From Podarcis melisellensis (Eukaryota): 64,000 nucleotides of DNA. Positions 50,416 to 64,000 of this stretch are shown here, in pieces. The notes under the pieces are model-generated. The model was not told the origin of the DNA and did not search any database. It was given only the letters and a program-made list of their open reading frames with translations. The stretch's first letter is position 1. Every line of letters starts with the position of its first letter. The translations under genes were made by a program, and so were the position numbers. Where the stretch lies: assembly GCA_964234715.1 (NCBI GenBank), contig OZ174282.1; one strand, 5' to 3'.

Positions 50416-53291
50416 GCTATTGGATTTAATCTGTATTTAGACAAGCAACAGACAACATTCTCTGGCAGTACCTGTTAAATGACCCATACAAATCCCAAGT
50501 ACTATTAGATATGAGTCTTCTTTACGCACTTGTAAAGTCCAGCACCCTTAAGTGTCAGAAAACCACCGCAATACATTTGTATGAAAATCTTTACCACAGA
50601 GAAGAAAAAGTACAAGCCTAGCTTGAAACACTACACTAGGATGTAAGATGTATTTTGTATCATAGTTGGGACTCATGGAAGTGGCCAGAAAGTGTGCTGA
50701 GGGCTTTGAAAGGGGAATCCCTGAACTTGGAATCCCTTGGGTGGAGAATCCAAAAAAGAGCTTCCTTTTGGCATCCTGTGGGCTTTGTGGTATAAATCAG
50801 AAAATATAGCATCTTTGCTCAGTGTTTATTTAACTCATGACTGTATCAAAAACATGATAGCATACTATAGTAACAAATGCAACAGGACAATAAAAATTAA
50901 TTAATGTTAAGCAAGTATAGTGCCTTAGATTCCTGGTACTCATTTGCAGCTCAATGAATGCCTTCTCAGACACATCTTAAAATCACAAAAAGGTATTAAA
51001 AAGGAATGTTTTCCTGTTCTGAATACAGTTCATCATTAAATATCCATATAATGGTGCTTTAGTCCAACAACATCTCTATGGCCATAGATTTCCCATACAA
51101 GTCATAGGCAAAAAGTGATCACCAACAGGAAAACTAGTGGTGAAAAGTGTATGCTACTCTAAAGTAGGCTTGTGTGAATGTCATATTTTCAATGCTTATT
51201 CAGATGCTTTGATTCTACAAATAATTTACTTATTAAAATATTATATCAACAGCAATAATTAACCCTACAGCTATCAATAATCCTGAGATTGTCAAAAGGG
51301 GAAAAGAGAACTATCTGTATAATGATATAAAACAGTTCTTTCTAGAATGTTGCCTTGGAGCCACCTAATCATTCCTGGTGTCAAGAGCATGCTGCATGCT
51401 AAGGATAGACATGTTCCTCCTTCTCTTGCACTTACTTACTTTTCCTTCCATGGCTTCCTTTAAATGTTATCCCTGACCCCCCTTTAACCAGGATTTGCAG
51501 ACCATTTTAAAATCCTGGTTGGTATTAATCTTAGTTAATACTGAGGCTGGCATAATGTTACATCATGTTTAAAACAAACCATGAAAGGTGGGATTTGCAC
51601 AGGAGAAGAAGGGAAGGAAGGAGCTTGATGCTGATCTAATCATAGGTAAGAGTTGGGACTGATCCATTTTAAAAAGAAAATATGGCAAGAAAACAGGTGA
51701 CAAAAACTTAACACAAGAAGAGCTAGAAAGGTCTTCTGGGGAAGAATGTTCTACAGGCTGGCTGCTGCTATAGAAAATATACCCTCATGTGTACCTTCTC
51801 TCCAGCAAGTGGAGGTTTAACAGAAGCAACATCTGTAAAAGAGATATTTGGGGTACCATTCTCTTTGCTTGTTAGCTTCTTTTACTTGTACATTCTCCTT
51901 GAAACCTAACACAATAATAAGATATTCTTAGGCTGCAGTTGTAACCCCACCTACCTGGTAGTAAGCCCCATTGAATTCAGTTAGTGCTTATTTCTTAGTA
52001 AACAAAGTTAGGATTGTGCTATTAGTCTTGACTTTATTTGTTGCCTGCATTCATCCACTTGTTTGCTTCCTTGAGAGCAAAGTTTATCTTTACCCACTTT
52101 TCTTGTAAAAAACAACCAAAGTTCCTGTTGTTTATCAGGATGCTGATGGATAGTCAGTTCTGCGATGAATGCTATTTCTTGCCTTCAGTTTACAGTTGTA
52201 GTGTATAACAGTTTTTATACAGAGTTGATGCCTGGAATACTTAAAACAATTACATTTAGGCTAACTCTATTAGAATGTGGGGGTGTACTTTAGGAATAAC
52301 AAATACTGGTCTTCAACACCTTTTTATGACTGTAATGCTGGGTGGGCAATTGCTGCTTTGGTGCACATGGTTCTGTGTCTCAGGGATGATGAAATACATA
52401 GAGATGGACAGAGTATGATGCTGTTTAGAAAGCAGGTGGAGGATATTAGGAGACCATTAACACTGGAAGACAGTGTAACTGGATGAGGAGCAATAACTTA
52501 TTGGGATCCTGCTGGGGCCACATTTCAGAAATAGGCAAGTAGGCAAGCTAGGGGTCCTAGTATGGACTAGATGGCTCCAGTGTGAGTTGTGTGCAAATGT
52601 CCTGTTGTGTCTAGAAGGTGGAAGGACAATGATTACTAAGGCAGTGTATATAGTGGTTTATGTTCCAACAGTTGCATTCTGTAACTTTAAGAAAGGGAAG
52701 GGCCTCAGAAAACACAGCTGATTTTGTAAACAATTGTTCTACTGCATTTCTTCCTTCTGAGGAATATCAACAATATGTTGCATTAGAGGAAAAAGTTACA
52801 GTTGTATTAAGCCCCAGCTACAATAACAATGGTAGCCATAAGTGCTGCCTTTGGAAATGATTGGGGCCTTTTGTTCATATGTGTATTTTATAAAAGTGAG
52901 TCATTGTATTAGGTGAACTTGTGTTGGTTGTGAAATGAGAGTCAGGCTTATATCCAGAAAATGAAATCTTGAGGAAGTTAGGTACCCTTTTGCAACTAGG
53001 ATAAACAGTAGTAACAAACTGATGCAAGCTAGGCTTCAACAAACGAGAGTCTTCAGGTTGTTCACATGGTTTTGGTTCATGTGCAAAGCCAACTCTTGAA
53101 CTGAATCCTAATTTGGAAACCTCATAGTGTAATAGCCTTTGGATCGTCATCATGGGTATGATAACATACCACAAAGGAACTTGTAAATAGGAAAGTTGCT
53201 TTCAATTAAATAGCCATGGGGCTATTAGAAGATTCTGACTTGGAGAAATAAAACTGACTAGTTTGTTTCTTGTGGTTTTCTTCCTTCCCAG

Positions 53292-53415
53292 GTCACTCCA
53301 AGATCTGAGACCCCCATAAACAACATCGGTAACAGTTTAGAAAATGCACTACATACATCAGCACATTCCATTGAGGAGTCATTACCCAAGAGGCCTTCAG
53401 GGAAACACTCAAAAG
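53292..53415 (+). CDS. ZCCHC14: ZCCHC14 coding exon 2 (not in ORF track)
   Basis: Polypyrimidine tract plus CCCAG|, then VTPRSETPINNIGNSLENALHTSAHSIEESLPKRPSGKHSK, in frame with exon 1. 124 nt; donor AAG|GTGCAT. Confidence 0.92.
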
Positions 53416-56400
53416 GTGCATCTATGGGTTTTGCATGATATTTCTGTGTAATACTCCTATTTTTGAAGAAAAAGATATATTTCTGCTTAAAATATTTTAA
53501 GAATTGACTCTAGATGATAAAGTGTGTTTGGTGTTTCTCGTTCAGTGCTGAATTCATATCAGTTTATAGATAAATTGATGCAGATAAATTATGCCTGACA
53601 ATAAATTAGTATTTAATGCTCATGGGCGTTGTATGGGGTTGGACTAGATGACTATTGTGATCCCTTCCAACTCTACAATTCTATTATTTCTATTATTTCC
53701 ATTCTTTGCATTTCTGGACTTGGTCTCCAACACCAACTAGACATCAGCAAATTGTCCTTTGGAAGGAATTCTGATCTATATTTTGCGTGTTATAACCAGT
53801 AATGCTTTTTCTGTATTGAATAAGCCTCTTGCGTTCCACATCTCCTGTATAATGATTAAAATCAATTCTTTTGAAACCACTGGTGATTTCAGAATATGCA
53901 CTGGGATGTTGAAAAGTTGGATTTGCAACAAAACGTTGCAGTGTGGAGTTCCAGTTAGTAGTCTCCCCTCCAATATACTCCAATTCCCCTCCCATTTGGT
54001 TTTCTGTTCTTCCTTTCCTCTTTCCCCTTCCCGCCCCAGGAGTTCACCAGCATTCCATGGTGACTGAGCATGCTCAAACCCCATTGAGGATTTTTCTTAA
54101 GATGGGATTTGTACTTCTGCAAACTTCCGGCTTTCTCCAAGTGTGCTGAAACTTCCCTCTTGTGCCAGGGTTAGAGAGAATGATGATTCTGCAGCAAAGA
54201 CTTGGAAAGCAGAAGCCAAGTTATTTGTCCTTTGTTCCTTGACTTTCTGTGTTTTGGAACCTTGCCAGTGAAGTGACATTAGTTATAAGTAGACATAACA
54301 TTTCTATTAATACTTACTTGAAAGTAAAATGTGCAGTGAATCCAAATTCTTTGTTTAGTTCAGTTTTGATGAAAACAGGAAATGCTTAATTTTCTAGGCG
54401 TGCTGTTCCTGGTTTGGGTATATATTTGTGAACAATCCAGCGGTAATCCAGAAGGAAAGGAAAGTGCCTTGTTCATTCCCTATTTATTTTCCAGTGCAAC
54501 AATTTGATCTCTCACCTCTCTGTGGCAGTTCTGTAACTGCAACAATTATAGTAGCGCTTGCCCCCAGAGCTTCTGGTTAGCCACAGGAGTTGCTATTCTT
54601 TATTGTATTGATGTGCAGGTATGTTTTCCATGGCTCTGTCTTGCATTCCTCCTTGTATCTTTAAAAGATTATAATAGTATTAAATGATTTAGAGAATGAA
54701 AACAAGGGAGTATGCTATTATGCATGCTGCTTTATGTCTCGATCAAGTACAAATCTGCTTTCAGTTTTTCTAGTTCATGCAAGTGGAATTAATAGCCAGG
54801 TTGTATTAGCCCACTTCAGTAGAGACTTACATGGCAGATTCTGAATTGACAGCCTGTCTTGCGCATGTAGGGCAAAGCACTGTTGTACTGAATATCCAAT
54901 GCTTCAATTTAAGTTCCACTTTATAAACAATTGTAAGCTGCTTTCCATTGTTACCTCAAGTCCAGTTATTGTTCAGTTATGCAGTTTTTCATAATTTGTA
55001 TCTTTCATACCTCAAGGGCATACACTTCCAATATCAGTGGATCTATATAGGTCTGGTCCTCTCTGTTTTCACTGGGATTTTAGCATGTGAGATCTTAATG
55101 AGCAAAACTTACATTTCCTAGCACCAGAATGAGATACAGGTTGCTTATTAAAATCTCACATTCTAAAATATCAGTGGAAGTCTTGATACCTTTCCTAGAG
55201 CCAGAGTGAGTTATCCAAACTTCCATTGGGATTTTAGAATGTGAGATTTAATTAAACAAACTTTAACTCACTCTGGTGCTAGGAAAAGTACCAATGCTCC
55301 CAGTGTTCTGTTTCAATTGGCAATCCCCAAATATCATCTAGGATTATTTGTGATACTACCCTCTTCACCAAATGATCTGTGATGATGGAAAATCTTGTAC
55401 TGTCATTAATATAGCCACAACTTCTCTTGTACATAGAGAAGTATTGTACATAGACACTCAACGTCCTAAAGTATGCTTTGAAGCAAAAAGAGTTAAACTC
55501 TACTATGCAAAATACTAAGCAAGTCCAAGAAGTTTAATTCATTATGAAGTTCAGCTTCTGTCTTTTTGTCTACATATTAAATTGAGCTAATTTCCAAAAG
55601 AATTGAAAACAGTCTTTCCATTCTGTGAGATCACATGCACAGACAAAACTAGAGCCTCCCTGACAATAATCCAGTGAATGATCTGTGTCTAATCAGTCTA
55701 GTCCAGAGTTTCCCAACCTGGTGCCTCCCAGATGTGTGGGACTACAGCTCCCATCATCCTCTACCATTAGTCATGCTGGCCTGGGTTGATGGAACTTGGA
55801 GTCCAGTAACATATGGAGGGTACTGGTTTGTGGGAACATTTCTCTAGTCCAATATTAAAAACAATGAATACAGGCATTCAGTAGACCAGTACCTGATAAA
55901 CATTGGACATTCCTTTTATCTTATTGTTGCTAGAGAACCTGCAATTAAGGTCCCTGAATGTAAACATAAAACAAAACAAGATTATTCTCTCTACTTTTTG
56001 GGCAGATGATAAGAGCAACAAGGAGTATTTATGTATGCAGCATGTCTGTTTAGAACTGTAACAGATGTTGTCCTGACCACAGCATATTTTCCAAAAGCAT
56101 AGTGTGGGATAAAGTACATTAAACCAGATGTTGAAGAGAATTCTACATTCGATAAGCTTTTACAGTAGTGGTTTATGATGGAGAAAACATTAAAACCTTA
56201 CTGCACAGGGCTCATATGACTTTTTTGGAGCACTTACATAAGAACATATATAACAGGTATGCAGTCATGTCAAGAATGTAGCATCTTCCAAGCTCAAGCA
56301 ATCATTGCAATATAGAAACATGTGATTTTAATGTGAGGTGGTGTATAGGGCTCTCTTTCTTTTAACATTTTTAGTAGGGTGTAAAACAAATAGTGTGAGA

Positions 56401-59400
56401 CAGTTCTGCATTTATAATGAAAGGGGTAGAGAACCTCAGACCAGGGTCCAAATGATACCCTTCGGCTTTTACTACTGATCCTTGAGTCGGATCCCCAGCT
56501 ACACCCCCTCTTCCCAGGCCATACCCTAATTGGTCTGACATTTGGCTCACCTTCTTGCCCTCCTTGAGTCTTTTTGCCTGAGTGGAATGTGTCTGTGAAC
56601 TCTGATAATGCTTCTTCCTTGCCTGGATGGAGGAGAGGGGTGAGTGTATGAAACCAGTCTTTCTCTACAAAGGTAAATTTTAAATTAGCTGCTCCTCCTC
56701 CTTTTGCCTCTGACCCCACCCACCACTTGCATGTGGCCCCTGAAGATTTCCAACAAGGGAGTATAGCTGTCAGACTGAAGAAGATTTCTACCCTGTTATA
56801 GATGTTGTACCTCAGCATAGAATCAATCTGCATCTTAAAGTTTTTTCCCCCCAGGTTATTTTCCTGCACAGAGTGGTTAAATTTTAAAGAGATGAAAGAA
56901 TACTGCTGATTGCTAGTTTCATTATTTTTTGCTATTGCTATTAACTCATTACTCAGTCTGTCTCTTGCTCACATATTTCCTAATATATGTTGCTTGTATA
57001 CACACATGTTTCTCTGGAAGACTTATTTAAAAAAACATTTGAAGCTGAACATCCAGTGGTTTAAAGAAGGTGAGATTAAAGTGTCAGCAGTAATAATAAG
57101 AGGATACCCAGAATATATCCACTTGCATGTGGAGGGAAGGGAAAAGCTTAATCTTTATATTGCCAGTATTGAATTGATTTGGAGATGATGGCTCCCAACT
57201 GAGTGCAAATATGTGCACTTACATCTAACTTAAGTCAAGTGAGAATAATATTCTGCAAGAATTGAGAAAGTACTTCTACATTTTCCTGCAGCCTGCTTGG
57301 AATCTATAGTCACTGTAGTAGTTTTTGTATAGGGTCCAAATATGAAAAAATATCAGGGCTAACACTGCTGAGAAAACTTCTGTCAAACAGCACCTGTAGT
57401 ATACAGGCCTTAGTCTGAGAGGAATATAACCTGATAAAATAGAAAGCTCCATAGAGCAGGAGATCATAACATGTGGCTGGGTCAGGACCAGTTCCATTTG
57501 ATTGTGAGGGCCTACTATGAATGGAAAACTTTGGAAAGTGATGTGAAGAAATATGTCCGGCCCTAGCCAAGGAGAATGAAAACCAGATGAAACTCCAAAT
57601 ACTTCACCATTTAAGATTTCAAATGATGCAAAATTAGTAAAACATGGATTTTCTGTCCATTATGCAGCTCTACCATGTAGCAGTATTCTAAACTTAAGAT
57701 GAAAGGGAATGTTGAACCTGAACTCTTTTAAATTCATGGCCACATTTAAGTACAGTACTGTAAATTTTCATGGGATATTTTAGTAGTATACTTTTAAGGC
57801 ATGGAAATTGTTTATGGCATATTTAAGTTCTTCTGTTTCTAATGTTGTTAACCTACATTGAGTCTATGTGGTCTAGGCAATTTTAAGTCTTAAAAGGGGT
57901 AAATGATGCAGCCTTTTGATCAACTTTAGAAGTAATGGGAATCAAGATGTAGCAATACAGGTCAGCTGTCACGCAGCAAAATGACTTGTTTTTGGTGATG
58001 ACTATCCCCCAAATTGATTTTAAATTTATTTTATAGTTTGAATAGTCATCATTTTGTTTTCTCTGATCAAGCAAAAAAGAAAGCAGAAGACGGAAGAAAA
58101 GACCAAGTAGAAAATGCAGAGCTGCTATCCTCTCTAACGTCTTGTGTTGTGCTTCTTAGGAAGGACCATTGATTTATTGCATTACCTCACTGCATTGAGT
58201 GTATCCATTTCATCAGTGTATCATGCCTGTGCTATTTTTAACAATAACTTGAAGGGGCAGCACTGATGAAATTACATCATTTACATACACGGCTGAGAGA
58301 AAGTGGTATAAATCACCAAGATCATTTAAGAGAGTATCCCTGTGTGACTCATGTGAACAGGTTGAGTGACTTCAAAGAGTGATCGGATGGGGCTGTTATT
58401 CCTTGAGTAGCAAGAAGCTATGCATTGATAATAGTTGGATTTTCTGTATTTTGACTTGGGGCAGGTGTTTTGTGAAATACCTAGCCTTTGTAAGAGTTTG
58501 AAGATGAATTACAGTTGTTTGTTTTTTTTCTACTATCATCCGAAATACAGCATGTCATAGACTCATGTTTAAAATACTTTGGAAGGTCTTGGGTGAGGAG
58601 GGAAGGAAGAATAGGCAGGTCTGGACTGGGTTGGTATTTGTTAGATTTCTGGAAGGCAACTGTCCTCTGATATGCTTGTAAATAACTACTTAGTGGTAGG
58701 AGAAAAGAGTTAGCTTGAGGCTACTTTTTAAACTGAACGAGGCAATTGATTCTTTCAGGCTGTAGTGTAGATTGTCAACAAGTGGGCATGTGTGGGCACA
58801 CTGGCCAGTAACATGTTGGTTTTGTTGCAATTGTGTGTGACATCAGTATCTATAAGCTTCTAAGACAGAGTGGTCCAATGCTCATCCCGAGGGCCGCATA
58901 TGGCCCTCAATACCTTTTTTGGTGGCCCTCAGCAACATTTGACGCCTGCCCTTAGCCCTCTCACTGCCTTTCCAAAGCTGGGTAAGCAAGGAGCTGGGCC
59001 TTGGGAAGGAAGTGGGAGGGCTCTGCTGAGAACAGGACAAGACAGCCAAGGCAGGATTAAATCCTATCCTCCATATAAGCTGATGTAACTACTGACGGCA
59101 GCAGGTAGGCATGGTATGGGGGAAATGGTCTCACAGGGTAATTTGGCAGGCCAAGATTAGCCTGTGACCTGATGTTTCCCCACCCTGGCATACAGTATTA
59201 TGATGTAGTATTATAATATTTTACATCTTAAAATAGTATTCACTATTTTTATGTTGTATGTATACATGTATATTCTGGTTACGAATTCCATGTTGTCCAC
59301 TGAAATCCCTATGTAAATCAATAGACACAATCATCAAAATGCAGAGAATCACTTCCTCTTATTCACAATCTTAATTTCATAGTCTCTTTACCATTTTATG

Positions 59401-61809
59401 TCTGAATTATATTAAGGCTGCAGTTTTTTAGTCAGAAATGTTACTCTGCATAGAGCTTTTCAGACTGCCATCTGATCTGGCTGGGGTGTCTTATCACAAG
59501 ACAGTTCTCAGGCGCATGCTGTCAGAGCAGCTGCTGATACTATATTGTAGTCCCACTGACAGGTTCCAGGTATAATCCTACATGGATTAATTAATGCCTG
59601 AAAATATGAATGTTCTTCAGCTGCTTCAGATCCTGATTTGATTAATTCTGTCAAGCGGCTGTTTATTTCACAGGATACTGCAGAAATTCAATTTTAACAT
59701 TAATAGACTTACTACCCTGAATTTGTCCAATCCTTTTTAAAAAGCTTATGGCTACATTGTTTAGTCATGAATACTACAGATCAGGCCTTGTCCATTCAAG
59801 CAGTTGATCACATAGTAAAATTGTTGTTGAGCTGTATCACAAAATTACCTGTAGAGAGACTGCATACCAGAATGATTTCCTGTTCATAGAGTAGGTAGAC
59901 CCTGTACATAGAAAAATAGTGCATCAAAATGAATGTTGGATTCAAATCCCCAATTTGATCCACCTGATTTGTCATTGTATAAACCCTCTGTCATATCCTC
60001 CATCCTAGCATTCCCTATCTCTTTAAAAAATAAAAAGGCTCACACTGCTCCTACCCGTTGATAATTTTTAGTTGCCCTTTTCTAGCTCTTAAGAAATCAT
60101 TCTGAGACTGGGTAACTAACGGTGCATGTCGTTGCAACATAGGTTTATATTAATCTACTGTGACATGCATCCAGCCTGTTTAATAGCTTGTTTTAATTTT
60201 GTGTACTAAACGTTCCATTGGGCTATGCCTCTAGAGATCCTGTGTTTGGAGCAGTCCAGGTTTCCCATACAGAGAGTTTCCTCTTATTACAGTTGGAAAG
60301 TGAACTTTGCATGTTGTACTTTAAAGGCTTTCTTCAAAGTGAAGCCAAATGTTGTTTTTGTGGCAACCCCCCCCCCAAAAAAAAAAAATCATTTGCAAAA
60401 TCTTTTCTGTCTACAGCTTGCTGGCTCCAAGGATAGGTTTCCAAGATTCAAAATGGTGTTCATTTTGGCATTTCCAAGCTCATTGTTCTAGATGTTGATT
60501 CACATCCCCTTTCTCCCCGAAATGAAGCTACCTTCGACCAAGTATAGATTTTCTGTATTTGGAAAGTTTATATTTAAGCTGCAGGTTGTTAACTGACCTC
60601 TGAACTTTGGATGATCGCGCTTTTCAGAAGGGATGCATGTACTTACTGTATTACCTTGAAGTCCGGAATCTTTGTTTTTTTACCTAGAACTGAGATTGCC
60701 AAAAAAATTCAGGACATTTGTTTAGACTGATATGAAGTGTGGCGCTGGAGATTCTTTGACATTTTTTAATTCCACCTTTGTCTTTCTGCACACATTTCAT
60801 AGATTAGGTGTGCAGTGAATAGGAGGTAAGAATTTGAAAGAGTAGTGTGATAATCAACAATATATTCTCGGTTTTTCACAAGTTTGTTCATTTTCTTTTT
60901 TTTAAAGACTCCTAGAAAGTGGGCAGACTCAGTAGTTTTATTCTCAATACAAGATATAGCACTGTTATCCAGGGAGTTTTTAAAAACTTAATACCTTTTT
61001 GCTTCTAGCATCAGATCATACTGTGTTGTATTCAGCTGTTTTGTGCAGAAATAATATGCATCTGGTTTTTTGTTTCCTGTTCCTGAGATGAGTCATTCCC
61101 CTTTTAAATAGCAGTTATTTTTTTCTCATAACCCTTAATATACTAATAAACTTCTGGAATACTTATTAAGATGGACTTTGTGGTTAACTAAAATGCTGAC
61201 TTCACTACTCCTCTGGCCATTGAATTCATACTTTGTTTTGATTGTTTTTTTTTAAGAATGAAAGGATATGAGCACAAGTTTTTCTTTTAATTTAGATCCT
61301 GTTTTTGGAGACACATGAGAGTTATTCACCGTCTGAAACTGAAAGAAACCCATTTGCAGAACCAGCCAGGAACATAAAAAAGATTAGCACTGCAATTTAA
61401 AAGTAAGGGGCACAACCAATAAATAAGCATTCCATGTGTTTGTCCCTATGAATACTGCTATTCCATAAAACAGGAGCAGGAAATCTCAGGTCTAGAGGTA
61501 AAATATGGCTCTCCAGGTCTTTCCAACCCTCAAGACACTTCCCTAAACAGGGGGCTTCACTGCCCTTTTCAGTGCTCTTCTCAAGTTCTTCTGCCTGGCT
61601 GGAATTTATGTGGGAATGTTGAGGGTGGCAGGAGAGGATATATTGATTATTAATATCCTTCCTAACTCGCACTAGCAAGTTTCTTTATATAGCAGAGTTA
61701 CATTCCCCTTCTTATGCAGCAGAAAACTGGTTGCAAACTTTTGTGAGTCTCTTAAGACAATAAACAATTCAATCTGGCTTGCCCAGATTGAGATATGTTC
61801 TATTATTCC

Positions 61810-62215
61810 TGGTAAGACCCCTTTGATCCCTCCTAAAAGAATAAAGACACAACAGTCTTATTTATAAGTAACAAAAAGTGGTTTTTCTCATGAACAGGCA
61901 GAGCACAGTGTGATCCCTGAAGGCAGGCTTTAGGCTTAAAGTTACAAACATGTACAAACAGGTTTACCCCATATGGGAGATAACCTGGGGGACTGCTTGG
62001 CTGGCAGCCAGCAGTACAGTCCAGGTGAATCAGGAGGTTTACAGGACAAAAAAAGATCGAAGAGAGGGAGGTGGCTGTGTGACTTGGCCTTTTACCAGGT
62101 CTGGAAAGGTCACACCCACCTACCAGTCACATGCAAGGAAGGATGCTCCAGGTCAGGAGGAACAGGAAGTTTCAACTGGCTGGACCAAACATTCCCTTGC
62201 ATGTCCACTCTAGCA
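61810..62215 (-). mobile_element. Possible solo LTR
   Basis: LTR-like composition only; termini and TSD not resolved. Confidence 0.3.
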
Positions 62216-62262
62216 AAACAAGGAATGTTGTATTTGACTGCTCCCAGTGGATTACATCCTCC

Positions 62263-62690
62263 AATTTATTTATTAAATTGTATAACATCTTAAACAAATT
62301 GTATAACATCTTATACCTGTAGACCTCAGGGTGGTTCACAACATAAAATAATGATACAAAAACCAGAAAATACATAATAAAAACAAAACCAAAAACCACC
62401 CAATAATCCCCCTTCCACATCACATTTTAAAAGGGCATCAGATGTCACTCAGCCAAAGGCCTGGTTAAAGACAAACACTTTCGCCTAGCACCTAAATGTG
62501 TATAATGAAGGCACCAGCTGAGCTCCCTGAGGAAAGTATTCCATAAATGGGGAACTACTGCAGAGAAAGCCTGTTCTTGTGTTGCCACCCTCTGGATCTC
62601 TTGTGGAGGAGGCACACAAAGAAGGGCCTCAGAAGGTAATCTCAGGGTCTGGGTAGGTGCATATGGAGACAGGTGGTCCTTGAGGTATTG
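62263..62690 (-). mobile_element. L2 LINE 3' end
   Basis: ATTTATTTATT tail, CTCAGGGTGGTTCACAA stem, and GCAGAGAAAGCC...GGTCCTTGAGGTAT ORF2 remnant. Confidence 0.65.
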
Positions 62691-64000
62691 CAGTCCTTGA
62701 ACTGTGATAATGCCTCTGGCTGGGATGAAGGATTGAGGTGTGTATAGAAACCTCTGCTTCTTGCATGGCTTTGTACATTAAACTGTACAAAGATATGACG
62801 TGCATCCTCTGCTCTGTCTACTTCACCTCTGGTCCTGCCTGCTATTTGCATGTGGCACCTTGAGGCCTGCCAACGAAGCTCTTGCACTGAAAAAGTTCCC
62901 AACCTGTCCTGAAAAATTGGAAAGCACTTAGAAGAGTCTACAAATACTATAATCACTAAATGGCAGCTCTCCTGTGATTAACTGTCACTAGCTACTGTAG
63001 ACATTCTGTTGCTGATTTATTACCAGATCTCTGCCCCTCACTTGACCTTGAAATCTAGTGTAAAGCAACCATTTTGCAGTGGGTTGTTTTTTTTAAGATT
63101 GTAAAGCCTTCTGAGTAAAGGACTACATGCTTCTATAGAATTTAGTAGTCTTTAAGTTGGATATCAGTTTGCTTATAGGAAAAAGATGTCAGTGTGGTAT
63201 GTGAGCTGTGTTAAAAGATTTAAACAACCTTCCTTGTAGAGGTAAGGTGGTCTATGGTGTCCTTTTTTAGATCTGCTTTCTTAGAACAGACTGAATGAAG
63301 GTGAAAATGGAATGTTAACCTGTTTGCACATCATGTTAAACCATAGTTAATGTCTGAACCTTAGTTTGTGGCTGATTCCTCCCCAAATAAAGCACAAGCT
63401 GCACCGTCAGTTTGTTCTTGCCTTACTGCTCATGGTTTGCTTGAGGCAAACATACCACAAACTTTTGCTCTGATGACATGGCAAGCCAAAGTTTATGGTT
63501 TGTTCCTCCAAGGGGAGCAAAGGGGGGAGTTTTGAACAATATATACCATGCTGCTGCTTCATGTTTAATCGTATTTAAATCTTAACTATGGTTTTAAGAT
63601 AATGGGTGAATGCAGCCACAGAGAGCTCATCTTGCATGAGTGGGGGGGAAATCTTCATTATAGTATTTGATTGAAGCAACTGTTACTTATAAAAGGTACT
63701 AGGCCTTCCTCTGTGATGAGTATGGGTGATGGCAACCTGTCTCTTACATAGTAGTAGTAGTAAATAACCCCATCTCTTTTGCATTGCCAATTGTGTATAC
63801 CAAGTTCTGGTACTGTTTTCAACTATGGGCTTATCTTTGTATGCAGACACTTTAGGAATCGGACGCATCAGTGCTTCCCTTTCCATAATATACTGTGCAC
63901 AAATAGTGGGGTTCCCTCAGGGAAAAGTCAGTCAGATTTTGAAGGGCTACTTTCACTATGCATGGTGTGTGTGCTTGTGCATGGACATCTAAAGTATCTC

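Overview
This is eukaryotic DNA from a squamate reptile, probably a lacertid lizard, judging by the Sauria SINEs with (ACCTTT)n tails, BovB and squamate CR1/L2/L1 and hAT MITEs. It holds the 5' ends of two divergently transcribed genes. JPH3 (junctophilin-3) is on the minus strand, with coding exon 1 at 26756-27137, exon 2 at 4402-5179, and the rest beyond the left edge. ZCCHC14 is on the plus strand, with a CpG-island promoter at ~46850-48100, coding exon 1 at 48585-49148, exon 2 at 53292-53415, and the rest beyond the right edge. The head-to-head order matches human 16q24. The remainder is intron or intergenic DNA rich in transposable elements, many with readable target-site duplications (TSDs) and nested insertions, plus a 188-N gap. 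I see no CRISPR, rRNA or operon-like novel system, and most listed ORFs are spurious. Best leads: a candidate in-frame alternative terminal exon with a hairpin in JPH3 intron 1; an overlapping uORF on the JPH3 start codon; a promoter-like insert with a 39-bp duplication; a three-level TE nest; a Tigger1-like element; a multi-inverted-repeat cassette in ZCCHC14 intron 2; and RFX/CTCF/NeuroD-type motifs. Family names come from recall, not database searches.
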